The translations under genes and the position numbers were made by a program. A stretch of DNA of 64,000 nt from the NCBI GenBank assembly GCA_050084985.1, contig JBITNC010000002.1, positions 36,828,001 through 36,892,000 on the forward strand, read 5' to 3'. Source of the DNA: Nageia nagi (taxonomy: Eukaryota > Plantae > Pinophyta). Positions 1-13,500 of this stretch are shown piece by piece (the first letter of the stretch is position 1; every line of letters begins with the position of its first letter). A model generated the notes under the pieces. It saw nothing but the letters and a program-made list of their open reading frames with translations, ran no database searches and was not told the DNA's origin.

Positions 1-592
1 CAATCAAAATATGAAAAGCAACCCCACAAGAAAATGCCTCCATAAGAAGAAGGAAGTGACAATGATCTTGGGCCATCTATTTATCTACATGGTAGAGGAG
101 CTGAGCCAAGGCAACATAGACATAGGAGGTGGCTGACATAGAGGTGAGTGGTCATGCAAGCTGCATGGGTGGGGAAAGCTTAAGTGATAACAAAGGGGGC
201 CAAGAGCATGGCTAGAATGGGTTACAAGGTCTTTAGTTGGTCATCTAGTGATTTGGGGTGGAAGGAAGGGTGGAAATGGATCATGAGGAAAAAAATAGCT
301 AATGGCAGGGAGTTTGTAATGGAGTGAAGGTAACTAATTTGGTGGGTAGTTGAACTTATAATGATCATAGAAAAACATTGGTTGGTTGGTCTCTAATCAT
401 TTCAAAAGTGGGGTTCAACTTCCCATCAAGTAACATTGCCTCAGCCAACATTCTATTATGAATCAATCAATCCTAGGGAGGTTTAACCACTATTGCTTTC
501 ATTTTTGAACCCTTCTTGATTAAAATTATTAGGACTTTAGTCAAGGAAAGCTCTTTAGCCTAGTTTGGATCTAAGTATTTCTCTACTACACT

Positions 593-2280
593 CTATTTAC
601 CTGCATCCTCACTCTCCAGATTCAGCTCATCTCCTTCCCCTTCTTCACTTAGTGCCTCTAATGTATATTGCTTACCATGAATAGAACCTATTTCCATCTC
701 CTTCCTCAAGGCACTCTTCTCCTTTCCTCCAATGGCTTCCTCCTTGTCCAATCTTTTAGTGTCACTGGATTCATGTATACCATGTGTAGCCTTCTCACTC
801 AGTTGTATATGTACTTTATCCCTCATTACAAGTTCCTTCTTCTTGGAGATGTTCAAGCATACTTCCAATTTACCTTTTCTAGCAATCTCTACAAGACTTG
901 TTGAAACTCATGAGGCCATTTTTTTCTATTACCTAGTACCACCTTTAGTTTGGTTTTCACCTTTTGCATGCATTGATAGTGACTTTAGGATGCTCTTCTT
1001 TCATCTGTAGTACTCCCTAATTTTAATGCTTTCAAGTGGTTGTATTTCTTCCATGTTTATAAAATATGCTCTATTCTCCTAGAGGAGTATTTTCTCCTAA
1101 CAAAATTTCTAAGGTTCCTTAGGCTTGCTCCTCTACACATCCTCTCCTTTATCTCTCTCTAAAATCTTCCTAGCAGATACACTCTGCTAACCTATACATT
1201 TTGCTCTAGTTTGGGTTGTAATTTCATGGGGCTTAGAAGCCTACTTCTTAGCTTTCACTTAGCAGTTAGCAGACTCACTAGACCTTTGTTTCCCTTCACT
1301 TCAAATGGAGATTAGGGTTGATATTGCTTTAACCTCATTAGAATTAAGGATAGGGGTGGGAGCATTATTTCTCTTATGCATATTATCTTGGTTTTTCTTG
1401 GCTCTAGTGGTTGAACGAACATGGGTAGACCTTTTAGGGCCAAAGGGCCTTGGCTTTTGAATTTTCTTAGGTTTCAAAGGTATGCTTCTACTACTTTCTC
1501 CTATTTCTCTACTTTGCTTTAGTGACGCCTTGGTTTTAAAATACTCCATAAGGGTAATGTTATCAACATCTTCATCACTACTAATAGCCTTTAAAGGGAT
1601 TTTCCATGGTTGACATATGAAAGAGAAGGAGACTTACTACTAGTTGGTTCCTTTTCAAAAACTTGTCCCTCAACCTTGACATGACATTTAGGTATTCACC
1701 TTTCCAAGGATTTAAGATAGACAAGACACATAATAGACTCATGAAGGGGTAAAGACACAATGTTCCTCCTAAATCTTACAATGGAGTACTCAATTGAGTT
1801 ACAGATAAAGAAAGGAAAATTTATCCAATTTGTTAAAAGAAACTTAAAGTAGTTTAGTAAATTGAAATGGTAGGCATAAGCAACTCTAAACCTCCCTTCA
1901 AGTGTAATGTACCTCATCAAAACTTTGGCTAGTCATTTTCAAGGATCTGGAAGGCATTCATGACTCACCCCAGATTGCAACTTTTTCAATTGTAGACTCC
2001 TTCTAAAGCTCTTAAACAAATTCTCCCTAGCCTCCAATTTCTTTTCCTTGGCTTCTTTCCTAACTCTTAGACCCTCGTTCAACATTTTGATGACTTTTGC
2101 AATTGAATCACAAGAAATGTAAAATTTAACACCATTGAAGCTACAGATGCCATTATTCCATGAATTGGCCACAACATGCGATAATTCCATATTGAAATCA
2201 TTACATGCAAGAATGAATTCCTTTAAACCCCATACACTAACATGCTCCATATTTCAGGGTTTGCATGCACCTCCCCATGA
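593..2280 (-). pseudogene. Degenerate long ORF, probably a TE-associated accessory ORF (plant mobile-element type)
   Basis: Collinear minus-strand ORF pieces (2250-1939, 1920-1696 with MRYITLEGRF..YHFNLLNYF, 1549-1301, 868-593) broken by stops and frameshifts, ending in a K/E/S-rich low-complexity region. Family assignment is by resemblance only. Confidence 0.4.
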
Positions 2281-2944
2281 TCTTGTACCTCCCCAATACA
2301 AATATTATTAGTAAGAAAAAAAAGGGACCCCCAAAAATGTTTTTTATTTTTTAAGAGTAAAAAGTCTTTTTTAATAAAAAAACAACCCCCTTTGTTTATT
2401 TTTGAAAAAAAGAAAAAGAAAAAAACATGTATTTTATAAAACCCCTTTCTTATTTGGAAAAAAAAAATTGCACATAATAAACATTGTAAACCTTTTCGAT
2501 ATATGCTTTCCTTATTTATTTTTTTTTAATTTTTTATCATAAAAAATTCAAGGATTATCTCATAAAATAAAAAATTGCATAATATAAAAAAAACTCTATG
2601 TTTTTTGTTATCATATAATAAAATTGTAATTTTTTTCCATTTTGGAAAAAAATTGTAAAAGACTTGTATCCATCAAGAACTACAATATATTATTGCTAAT
2701 TGTAAGAAAATTCATAAAAAAAAAATTAACTAAAAAAAATGTTAGTATTATTCATTATAACAATAATATATTGTAAGAACACAAAAAAAAAGATAATAAC
2801 ATAATGAGATAATCCAAAAATGAATAAATCAAAAATAAGACGATTGGTGATTATATATTCACAAACCTTATATCTCACCAAAGAAGATGGAAGAAGGAGC
2901 AGGATGAACCTTAAAAACAATGTTGAAGAAGAGCATTTACGAAA

Positions 2945-3427
2945 TGATGAAATTAAGACTAAAGGCCCAATTTCTATATGCCCAAGATTATATGAAATCT
3001 CTCTACAACATCAATGCTCAGAGCATAAACAATCTCAAAAATTGAGATAAGATGTAAGTGATTTCTCCAACCATGGGAGTAATCCACTAAATAAGATCTT
3101 CTACAAAGATAACTCTCCTATAAGACCTCTTTCTTCTTCTCCTAACACTAATCTTAGAGCATAAATTTGCTTCAAATTTTGATGTATGATCTCAATGAGA
3201 GGGCCTTCTATTTATAGATCAAAATCCTTCCTTGGATCATCCTTTTAACCGATGTACTATATCATGACATGCTACACCTTTTTACCTAAGTTGAATGCTC
3301 ATGAGATGGAGTGTAGGATAAGTTACATTATCATATTCACTTAAATACTTAAGGTATATAGAGATTCCTTTAAGTATTGGTGAATTTACAAGAATAACCT
3401 TATAATGATGCATTATACATTCCAACA
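2945..3427 (-). mobile_element. Copia-type LTR
   Basis: Runs TGATG...CCAACA. Contains the GTG(G/A)TT..CTC..GAGTA..TCCAC motif and reverse TATA (ctatttatag) seen in the LTRs at 19012 and 59302. Followed by a PPT-like cccacctaatg. No clean TSD found. Confidence 0.6.
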
Positions 3428-3594
3428 CCCACCTAATGTTTTAGAATAAGATTGGGAAGCCTTTGTGAATAGAGGCAAGTACTAGCCAATCTACTGTGGC
3501 TATTCAAATAATTTTTATGTTCATGTGAATTTTGCATAACTTTCTCTCCCTAATGAATTTATATGTATATTTTCTTCATTTTATTGTCTACAAT

Positions 3595-4810
3595 GAGGTA
3601 AAGGAACAAACACAACATATCTCACCAATAAAGCATCCATAACATGGCTAGAAAAGGATATGCTCGACTAGAACACAAAATTGTATTATATTGTACTCGT
3701 CCATTATATGTGAAAAATATATCTATATTATTTTATCTCATGAATTATTTACATGTCTCTCTAGTTATATAAATATGAAGATCCAACCAAATGCAAAAAC
3801 TTGACACTAAAAATAACTATATATATGGAAGCTAATAAAAAGAAGGATGGGTCTTTTATTTCATTAGAACTTGTGGAGACAACTGTAAGTAACTTTCCTT
3901 GGAAATAACAATATGTTGAACTTGAAATAATTATTTTATTGATTGTTTTTCAACATATTCTCAATTAAACATCCATATGATGATGTTAGGAAATATTGAA
4001 TAATATAATATCTTCTAGAATATATGTAAATTAATATAGTAGAGATGATACCCTCATGTAGGTTTTAGGACCTCAAAGACTGGGTCAAGTTTAGGGTGTT
4101 GATAAAAGAGTATCACCAAGTGTTTTGTTTGTTACCTCTCCTTACATACAAAAGTTGAGCCATATGTAAAAGTATTTGATGGATAAAGAAAAATATGTTG
4201 GAAGAGAAGCTTGAAGAGAATCGAATACAAATGAAAGAAAAAGAAAAACATATTAAGGCATGAATTTCCTGGTTATAGATGTGTTAATTTTTTCATATTT
4301 TCATATTTGAAATGTTTACATGCTACAATCACAAAGTTGTAATGATCCCTTGCATCTAATTCCATTAGCAACATGAACATTACCTGTAGCATTAGAGTCA
4401 CTAGTAAAAGCATCAGCAATAATATCATCACATTCTATACAAACTTTAGCAGTGGTTCTACTATTATCTAGAATCTAAAATTATTGACTGAGTTTGTATT
4501 TTATAATATATAATGAATTTATTTGGGTTGTTAATATTCCATCTAGAATAAAAAATGATATTGATCATGCTATCTTAAATAAGGGATTGCTACGTAACTT
4601 ATAATAATGATCTAGTGGTTGTAGGCAAGGTGATTAGTATTGACCCCAAAGAGAGAGTACATAATGAACATTTGGGTGAAGGCTACTTGAAAGTTTAGGT
4701 GGATACCACCATTAAAGAGGAAACAATCTTGTTTAGAAAGAATTATGCAATGGACATAATGAAATATGTTGTAACATCGTTCATTGTGTGGCCTATATCA
4801 AATTTTTATT
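3595..4810 (+). pseudogene. CACTA (En/Spm) TnpA/Ptta-type ORF remnant
   Basis: Hand translation gives HNMARKGYARLE (~3640), DDTLM*VLGPQRLGQV*GV (~4045) and VVVGKVISIDPKERVHNEHLGEGYLKV*VD...FIVWP (~4615-4795). These match Ptta/Tnp1 En/Spm motifs and are separated by intron-like gaps. Confidence 0.8.
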
Positions 4811-4949
4811 TAAGATTATGTTGAAGTATTATATTACCATCAATGTACACGGTTGGAAGCATGATACAATTAAATATTATTGCAATTAAACTAGTATTTA
4901 ATATTTATATAGGATTAAGAATAATATTGGATGTATGTATTTATGCATT

Positions 4950-6343
4950 GATGTATGAATGTTTGTGTATTCTTCCATATTTTGCATACATGTATATCAT
5001 TACAATCAATGAAATTATATTTGCATTATGTATCCTGTCAAATAATTTCCATTCCTTATGTATTCTTCCACATTTTGCATACGTGTGTATCATTGCATCT
5101 ACTTAAAAGTCTATAGAGTTTGGTTTTATGCCTAACAATTGCATTTGTAGTATGACAGTCACTATATACATAAAGGCTCTTCATAATTATAATAATGGTT
5201 ATAATGGGAGTATTTAACATGGACCTAATGTAATTTTTAATTATTTGTTATGCTGGTAGATAAGCAATTCTTTATTTTTAGCCTCCAAATCATGCAACAT
5301 AAGTATTATATTTTGAATATAACCAAATGCCTTTATCTCACTTGATAATTTCTCTAATATTTCATAAATCTCATGTGTTTTTGGGCATGATGTGTCCCCT
5401 ATAGGAAAAAAAACATACACCTTTTTGTCAACTTCAATCCAGCTACATCCAAGTGTCTTCTTAATTTCATCGATATCCTTACTCTTTAAATATCATGATA
5501 GCTACACACTTCAACATATATATTTGAAGAAGAATATAAGATAGAACATGTTTAGGCTCTAACAAAAAATGATTACTACCATATATTCTCTATTCTTGCA
5601 TTCTTATGTACTTATGATTGGTTCCCAAGTGCTTCATCATATCAATGAGTTTAAGGGCATCCTTATTGTAGCCATGAAATATGAATCCTCCAACCATTAT
5701 AGTTTGTACAACTATATTTGTATCATTTATATTGTCAAACAATTTCTAATCCTTATGTATTCTTCCACATTTTACATCCATGTCTATCATGGCATTCATA
5801 AACACAAAATTTTGCATACATGTATATCATGACACATGTTGGAAGAATGCTAGAAAAGGTTAAAAAGTCTAGTTTTATGCATGAAAATTGAAGATATTTA
5901 AAATTTCTTAGGGTCTTTCTAGAAAATTTATTTTATGCATATCCTCGAATCATTGTAGTCCACGAGATAGTATTTCATTGATTAATTTTGGTAATGAATT
6001 TCAAAGCTTACTCAAGCTAGCTTGCACAAGTTAGAAGGTCAATAATACATGTATAATGAGTCATCCAAGGAATAATGTGATAAGATCCACTCATTACCTT
6101 AAAGTAATTGCAACCCTCATCCACTTGACCTACATAGCTACATGTAAGTATAATACATACAAAACATATGCTTCTAAGGTTGGTTACCACATGATGAAAT
6201 CATACTTGCTAATTTGCATTAAAGAAGGAGCTTTATGTGTGACTTATGTATTCTTCTACATTCTATATACATATTTATTAGGGAATTCACAATCATAATA
6301 TTCGATGGAAAACCAATTTAAACTCATCTTTGATGGATGTCCA
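4950..6343 (-). pseudogene. Scrambled PLS-class PPR / E / partial DYW fragments
   Basis: Motifs MDIHQR..NSLINMY, HYTCIIDLL, SWTTMIRGYA, an E2/E+ block (SWIEVDKKV) and a DYW piece (..DCHT). Many stops; motifs are in non-canonical order. Confidence 0.8.
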
Positions 6344-8821
6344 TGTTGAAATAAGCATGAACCTGAGGGGGGGTGAATCAATGTGTGTTAAAACATTAAA
6401 GTGACTACGAAATCAAAGCAACAAAAGCAACACACAAAAGCATACACCACAAAATATAAAATTTATTATGGAAACTCGATTTGGGAAGGACCACTGTACT
6501 AATGGATTGCTTGGGTTCCCACCCAAATCTAGTCAAAAAATATAGATGGCCTTTTATAAGTTTCATAGCACCCATTATGGGGAATGATACCAACTAACCC
6601 AAATTTTTGCAACACCCACTACATGGAGCATCGACTTTGATTGCCAAGCACCAACTCGAGAAAAACTGAAAACTTATATGAAAATCTAAATCCTAACACA
6701 AGACCCTGAATAGTCTAGCTTTTTGAAACCCACATACTAACACTAAAATGAAGCATTGATCATATCACACTGTAGCAAACTGATCTCACTACATTGCACC
6801 CAAAAAAGAACTCTCTGCACTCTCTCCATGCTCGTTGAATAATAAAAAATAGACTACCTGAAACCCTTTTCATATTCCCTTCTCTAACTCTTGGCCTTTT
6901 GTATTTCGATCAATCACTTTTAGCAAAATAATGAAAAATTATTGCTTATTTTTTATCTTTATTTTTCTTTCAAGCACACACAACATATAACGGATGCCCT
7001 CTTTTATTTCTTTTAAAATAACAAAACTTTCAACACATGGGCATTCTCTTATCTTTTTGTTTCAATAGCTCTCACTTGTTTTTATATTATCATTTTGTTC
7101 TATTTTTAAATGAGAAACTCTCTCTCATTAAAATAGCTCTTTTAAATTTGTAATAAATATAAAACAAGTTTATATAAAATGCCCAATTGTTAAAGAAGCA
7201 TTTTGTCAAACAATACATGGACAAAGTATTTTGCACTTTACTCGTTCTCCAACTTCGAGACCTCAGATTGACATGATTCAAAAAGAAAAGTTGTTCATAT
7301 TAATGCGTTATATATGAAAAAATCTTAAACAACCATTTCCATAAACATAAAAAAATGAATTTGCCCAAAATTGTCACTATTCACAAGGCTGCCCAAAATT
7401 GAAAAAGGTAAAAAATTATTTTTTACAACTCACACCAAATCTTCCTCAAGTGTTTGTTTGACTTGAAATTCATATATTTTGTTCAGATTAATAAGAATCA
7501 CCTCCTGTAAAAGTTTCAGCCATCAAATCCTTACTAATTTCTCACAATTTCACCCACAATAAGGCCTCCAATGCTAATTTTGCATCTGTCCCACAAAGTG
7601 CAAACTTTTCCAAACAAATACCGATAATACCACCAATCAATCCAAACATTGAGCTAACACTTCCAACATTATTCTAAACTATTTTTATACATTCCAACAT
7701 GCACAACACTGATCCATTTTGACCAAATACACCCCAAAGCAAAATTGTCATGAAAACAACAAAACTGTCCAAAACTTAAAAAGTTCTTTGGAGCTATTTT
7801 GCAATGCTCATTGTTTCTTCCTTGGATCTCCTCTTTAGCTTAAATTTGTAACAAATATTTAAAATATATATGAATACTTTCAATCAAAATTTCAACCTCT
7901 AACTTATCATGAATTTTTTATTGTACCTCTGATAAAGTACCCTTCGACATTGATTTCAAAGACATTTCATCAAATACTTCGCATTCAAAGAATGTGCAAT
8001 TTATAGTTTTTCATGCTTTGGGACCTCGAATCGTGATGCTTCAAAATGAAAAATTGCTTAATTTTATGATATAAAGGTGAAAAAATCATCACATTTTGAA
8101 AAAAACACACATTTGATAACCATTTTTGGTATTTTATTGCTATCCCACAAAACTGCCCAAAATTGCAAAAAGTATTTTGGAGGCATTTTTCAGAATCTAT
8201 AACTTTCTGATCTGATTTTATATTGAAGAAAAATTTGAACCACCTATTTTTCAGATATCCCTCTACTTATGGTACAAAAACCAAGCTCTAATTCATCATG
8301 AAATCCATAGGATAACTCCTGCAAAATAAAAACTTTGTCCAAAATTACACAGCCAAAAAAGGCACAAGCTCTGCCATTGATGCACTAACAAGGCAATCGG
8401 TTGTACTAACACTACAAATTCACTTATAAATGACAAATAAGGTTCCAGAAGATATGTCAGGCCATCCAACACAATCCACTAGATTTACAGTTTTTGCTTC
8501 TTATTGATAATTTTTGCAATTTTGATAACTTTGATAACTTATTGATGAATTTTGCAAATAAGCATGAACAACTTGTAACAACTTCACATGAACATAAAAA
8601 TCATTCTCATAAGCATTGAAAATCTTCAAAGAAGCACATATGAAATACTTTTGCACCATTTGCAACTATTTGACAACTTTTGCAACTTTGATGTTTTTGT
8701 AACTTTTACAACTTTTCACACTGAAGCACATAGACATTGAAAATGCCTATGCAAGTGCTCAACACATCCATAATAGTGTGTTAAAAATAATGATAACACT
8801 ATCGCTGCACCTTGCTCAACA
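6344..8821 (-). mobile_element. Solo LTR (~2.5 kb, copia/SIRE-like end motif)
   Basis: Runs TGTTG...CAACA, with GAGGGGGGGTGAAT near the end. TSD gtcca/atcca (4/5 match). Removing it restores the PPR L-motif reading MGAWEENMD-IHQR. Confidence 0.8.
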
Positions 8822-10258
8822 ATCCATATTCTCTTCCCAAGCTCCCATGGTGGCACATGCTAGAAAAATGTTGGCAAAGGTTTCAGAGTTAGTTTTATAC
8901 CTAAGAATTATATTTGCTTAAAAGTTTGTAATTAATTTTCAAAAAACCCATTTTTTGCATATCTTGCAATCATTTCTATCAATGAAACTATGTTTGTATC
9001 ATGCATCTTGTTACACAATTCTTGGGCCTTGTGTATTGTTTCACATTTTGCATACATACATACATATAAAAACATTCATAACCATAACATTCAATGAAAA
9101 ACCATTTTAACTAATATTTGATAGATGTACATACCTTTTTTATACCTCCTATAGTGGCACAATAATATGATTTTAGCAATCAACAATATTTCCTATTTGT
9201 ACAAATATGTATTAACAATATTTGTTGAACAAATGAAATGAAACATGCTTCCTTTTTACTACTGAAATTTGAAAGCATGCACCATGTCATTGTGCAAGAT
9301 TTTTTAGATGTTGCCTTACTTTGGATCAATTATAATCTCCAAAAGAACATTTTCCATATTTAAAATAATGGAATTAGTTTGCATCCCTCACAACAATGTC
9401 ACTTGCAAAAATCTTCGAGATAAACTTTGTTATAGTATGGTAGTCACCGCATACTTGAAGGTTCTTCACAACTCTAATAATGGTTCTAGGGAGAGTATTT
9501 AAAACAACCCTAATGCAATACTCAACTTTTTGTTATGCTAGTAGATAAGCAATTTTTTATTATTAGCCTCCACATCATGCAACACATGTATTATCTTTGG
9601 AACATACCTTACTACCTTCATCTCACTTGATAATTACTTGAATTTTCCATTGATCTCCTATGTTTGTGGGTGTGATCTATCTTCTACATAAAAATCATGC
9701 ACCCTTTTGTCAACTTCAATCCAACTACATCCTTGTGTCTTCTTAATTCCTTTATGTTTAATCAATATCCTTACTCTTTGAACATCATTGCAACTACCCA
9801 CTTCAGTATAAATATTTGAAAGAAGAATATCAGATGGAACATATTTAGGCTCTAAAAAAAGGATGATTGTTGCCACATATTCTATATTCCTACAATATTA
9901 TATTATTTATGCTTAGTTCCCAAGTTCTTCATCAAATCAACAAGTTTAACAATATTCTTACTGTATCCACTAATTTCATGTCCTCTAATAATTGCATTCC
10001 ATGCACCTATGTCCACATCATGTATCTTGTCAAATAATTCCAATCATTGCATTCCATAAAACTATGTTTGTATCATGCATCTTGTCAAACAAGCCTTGGG
10101 CCTTATGCATTCTTACACATTTTGTACATATGTATATTAAGGCATTCACAACCAAAACATTCAATGAAAACCCATTTTAAACTACTCATTTATGGATATA
10201 CATACCTTCTTCTAGACCTCCCATGGTAGTACATGCTAGAAGATTGTTGGTAGAGGTG
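8822..10258 (-). pseudogene. PLS-PPR-E-E+-DYW pseudogene fragments including a full-length degenerate DYW domain
   Basis: LLSNIY..GIKKTQGCSWIEVDKRVHDF..DRSHPQ, then VLHDVE...HNKKLSIALGL, then IRVVKNLQVCGDYHTITKFISKI..IVVRDAN*FHYFKYGKCSFGDYN* ending ~9326. Flanked by L/S/P motif pieces. Confidence 0.9.
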
Positions 10259-10587
10259 ACAAAAAACTTTTCATTTTTTAAACTAATAATAAGAGGGTGA
10301 TTTATAACCTCCTTAATTTATTATACAATTATGGATTTTCATCATCATTAAATATCCTTAATGGTGACCAAATGAGTGCTTTTAAGGGTAATTTTAATGC
10401 CTTATAAGGGTGATTTATAACTACCTTTGTATATTTTACAAGGGCACTTTACCATGGTGGCGATTAACCACCATAGTATTTTAGGGACTTTTAACAATGC
10501 CAACATACACATTGACTAAAAAATTGTCACTAAATATATTTAAGGACATTTTTATGTTTGCTCTTAAATGTCAAATTTGGTGTAGTG

Positions 10588-13500
10588 AGTTTAGATCATG
10601 ATTTTATCACTCATAGGTTAGTTGTTAGATATGATACCAAACTTGTGGCTTAAAAGCGTAGAAAAGATATGTCCTAGGTATGCTTTACTCATAAAGTAGA
10701 AAATTGATAAGGATTTGAAAGCTAGATTTATTAGGCCCATAGATTACTCTTTTTGGATATCTAATGTTGTTCTTACAGTAAAGCTAAATGGAGAGATGAG
10801 GTGTTGTATTGAGTTTATGCATATAAATAAAGCTTATCCAAAGGATAACTTTTCTCTTCATAACACTAATATTATTATTGATTGTAAAATTAATGATGAT
10901 TTTTTATCTTTTATGTATTGTTTTTCTAGCTATAAATAGATTAAAGTCAACAAGGAGGATCAAAACAAGACATCTTTTATGACTCCATGGGGTACATTTT
11001 TCTATGTGGTGATGCCTTTTGGTTTGGATAATGTGAGGGCTACATATCAAAGAGCCATGATATCTATATTGTTTCATGATTTGATACATAAAAATATGGT
11101 ATATGTAGATGACATATTATCTAAATCAAAGAAGAAGAAGGGTCATATCAATTGAATTCCTCCAATTGTGCAATTTGGATTTTCTTCAAGAAATTAAGTT
11201 ACTTTCTTTTATTATTTCAAGAAGAGGGATTGAGGTAGATCCCAAGAAGGTACATGCCATTAAAGAAACACCCCCACTAAGGAATTTAAAGGATTTAAGG
11301 AGCCTCTAAGGTAAGCTTCAATAAGTAAGAATATTTATTTATCAATTGGTTCATAGGATATCCCCTTTCTCTCACTTGTTAAAAAAGGATAAAAAGTTCA
11401 GATGGGATTAGGAATGCTAAAAATCATTTGAATACTTAAAGAGGTATCTACTTAATGCTTCTATTTTAGCTCTTTTTAATTATGAAAAGCCTTTATTTCT
11501 TTATGTTTTAACCACATTAATATCCTTGTAGAAAATATTGGCCAAAAAAGATGATTAAAATAAAGAAAGAGTAATTTATTACATTAGTAAGATATTTCTA
11601 TTAAGAAGTTATGTTATGCAATTATTTTCACAACTAAAATGTTAAGGCATTGCATGTTGGGAAATTTCATTTTTGTGATGCTAAGGAAAATCCTCTCTAG
11701 GGTAATTTTTAATATCCCTCCTCCTAAATTGAATTATAAAATCCTAATGAATCTTTTTTTATTATCGAGGTGGTATCAACCAACCTAGTGACTAGCGAGC
11801 CTTACAACCCAATGTCGAGTGAGCTACTAATCCACCATGGGAAAGTAGGATTTTCCAATAGTATGACCCTCCAGGTAAGTTGAGGGCTTGGGGACTTAGC
11901 CTTGATATTGATAGGACACAAGTCCTACCTCTTGGCCATCCCACCAATCTTATTGGGCTAAAATCCTAATGAATATTCCAAAAACCTAATTAGAAATGAA
12001 GGTGAAAATTAAAAAAACCTATTTCAAAATGTTTGTGATTTTTTATACTAATTTGTAAAAATTATAAAAATTTAGTTAAAAGCTTGCAACTAGCTCGATA
12101 TTAAATTTTATTTTACCAACCCTAGGCCAAAATAATTATGATCGAATTTATGCCAAAAGTATGCCTTCAATTTGGTATCATTTTACCATGCGATTAGATC
12201 AACATTAATATGTACAATTGGATTTATACTAATTCTATGAAATTGATATCATATTAATATTTACAATTGAATTGATAATAAATTTATGCAATTGATCCAA
12301 CATTAATATGTACAACTAGATATATAAAAATAACAATAAAAATCATATTGTGCCAACAGTAGTTACAAATTGTGTTAGTATGATAGTTGAACATAATGGG
12401 TTCAAATTGAAAATAGTTTTGGATGATGTCAAATTGATTGTTACCATTTATGGTACCGATAAGAGTGTAGTATTATTTATTTCTTATAAACTTGCTTTTA
12501 GAAATGACCTGCTTTAGAGGTACTCATTAGGTCGCTAGAATAAGACTATATAAATAATGCTAAAAAATAAGTTGAAAAAGTGGTGACTTATATTCAAATG
12601 GTTTTATGTTATATATATATGAATATGGGAAGAAAATAAATTTATAATAATGGAATACACATAAATAATAGCGCAAGGTAAATTTGTCAAATATCATATG
12701 AAAGTGAATGTATTCATGAACTACTACTGACAAAGACTGGGTAAGTGCATAAAAGGAAATCATTGATGGTGGTGGATATTTCTATACAAAGTATGGAAAA
12801 TATTATATGGGTATAAAGGTATCTTAAAGGAATACCTAACACAAAAGGAACCATCTAAAATGGATGTCTAGAACAAATTTTATAGTCTCTAAAAGAGAAC
12901 TAGTCCAAAATAGGATAATTTGATACAATAACTATTATCTCTTGATCTAATGAATGAAATGAAAAATAAATAAATATCCATTAAGATAAAATACCATGAA
13001 ATAGGTGAATATCATCTTAGTTTATCTCAAAACTTGATATATAGTATTGAACATATGATTACTTAATCACAACAACACTTAGAAATAAGAAACATAAACA
13101 AAAATGTAAGAATAAGTTGTAGAGCATTTTCTCTTGCTATTACTATTTTAAAATGAATACAAACTTGTTCTAACAAGTTACAATATAATGGGAATTTATC
13201 TCTATACATGCCTTGATAAAATGTTTGAGTGTTTGATACTCTAAGAATTCAAAATTTTGAGCGAAGTGTAAAATCTGCCTAGGAAATCAATATATATGTA
13301 GACAAGATGTAAAACCATATGTGCACTCATACTTGTAGTAGTAAGGATCGAGGAAGCATTAAAATTACTTACAAAATCCTAAAACATATGAATGGTGGGT
13401 ACTGTAGGCAAGTATGAAGGCAAGTTGTAAGATATTTTTGGTCAAGTACAAATTCAAATATGCCAACTACTAATGAGTATGCCATAAAAAAGAAAACTGT

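Larger units (their letters stand above)
3595..10587 (+). mobile_element. CACTA element 1 (right part; left end not found) with PPR-DYW cargo
   Basis: Right TIR tttggtgtagtg (reverse complement CACTACACCAAA) ends at 10587. It is preceded by subterminal repeats (agggtgatttataac x2, ~10290-10560), with the TnpA remnant upstream. Gypsy pol reading resumes immediately after the TIR. Confidence 0.75.

Noticed and set aside
4396-4412. agt-CACTAGTAAAA as the left end of CACTA 1 (would match TSD AGT)
   Set aside because: It lies inside the TnpA remnant, matches the right TIR poorly beyond CACTA, and has no subterminal repeats.
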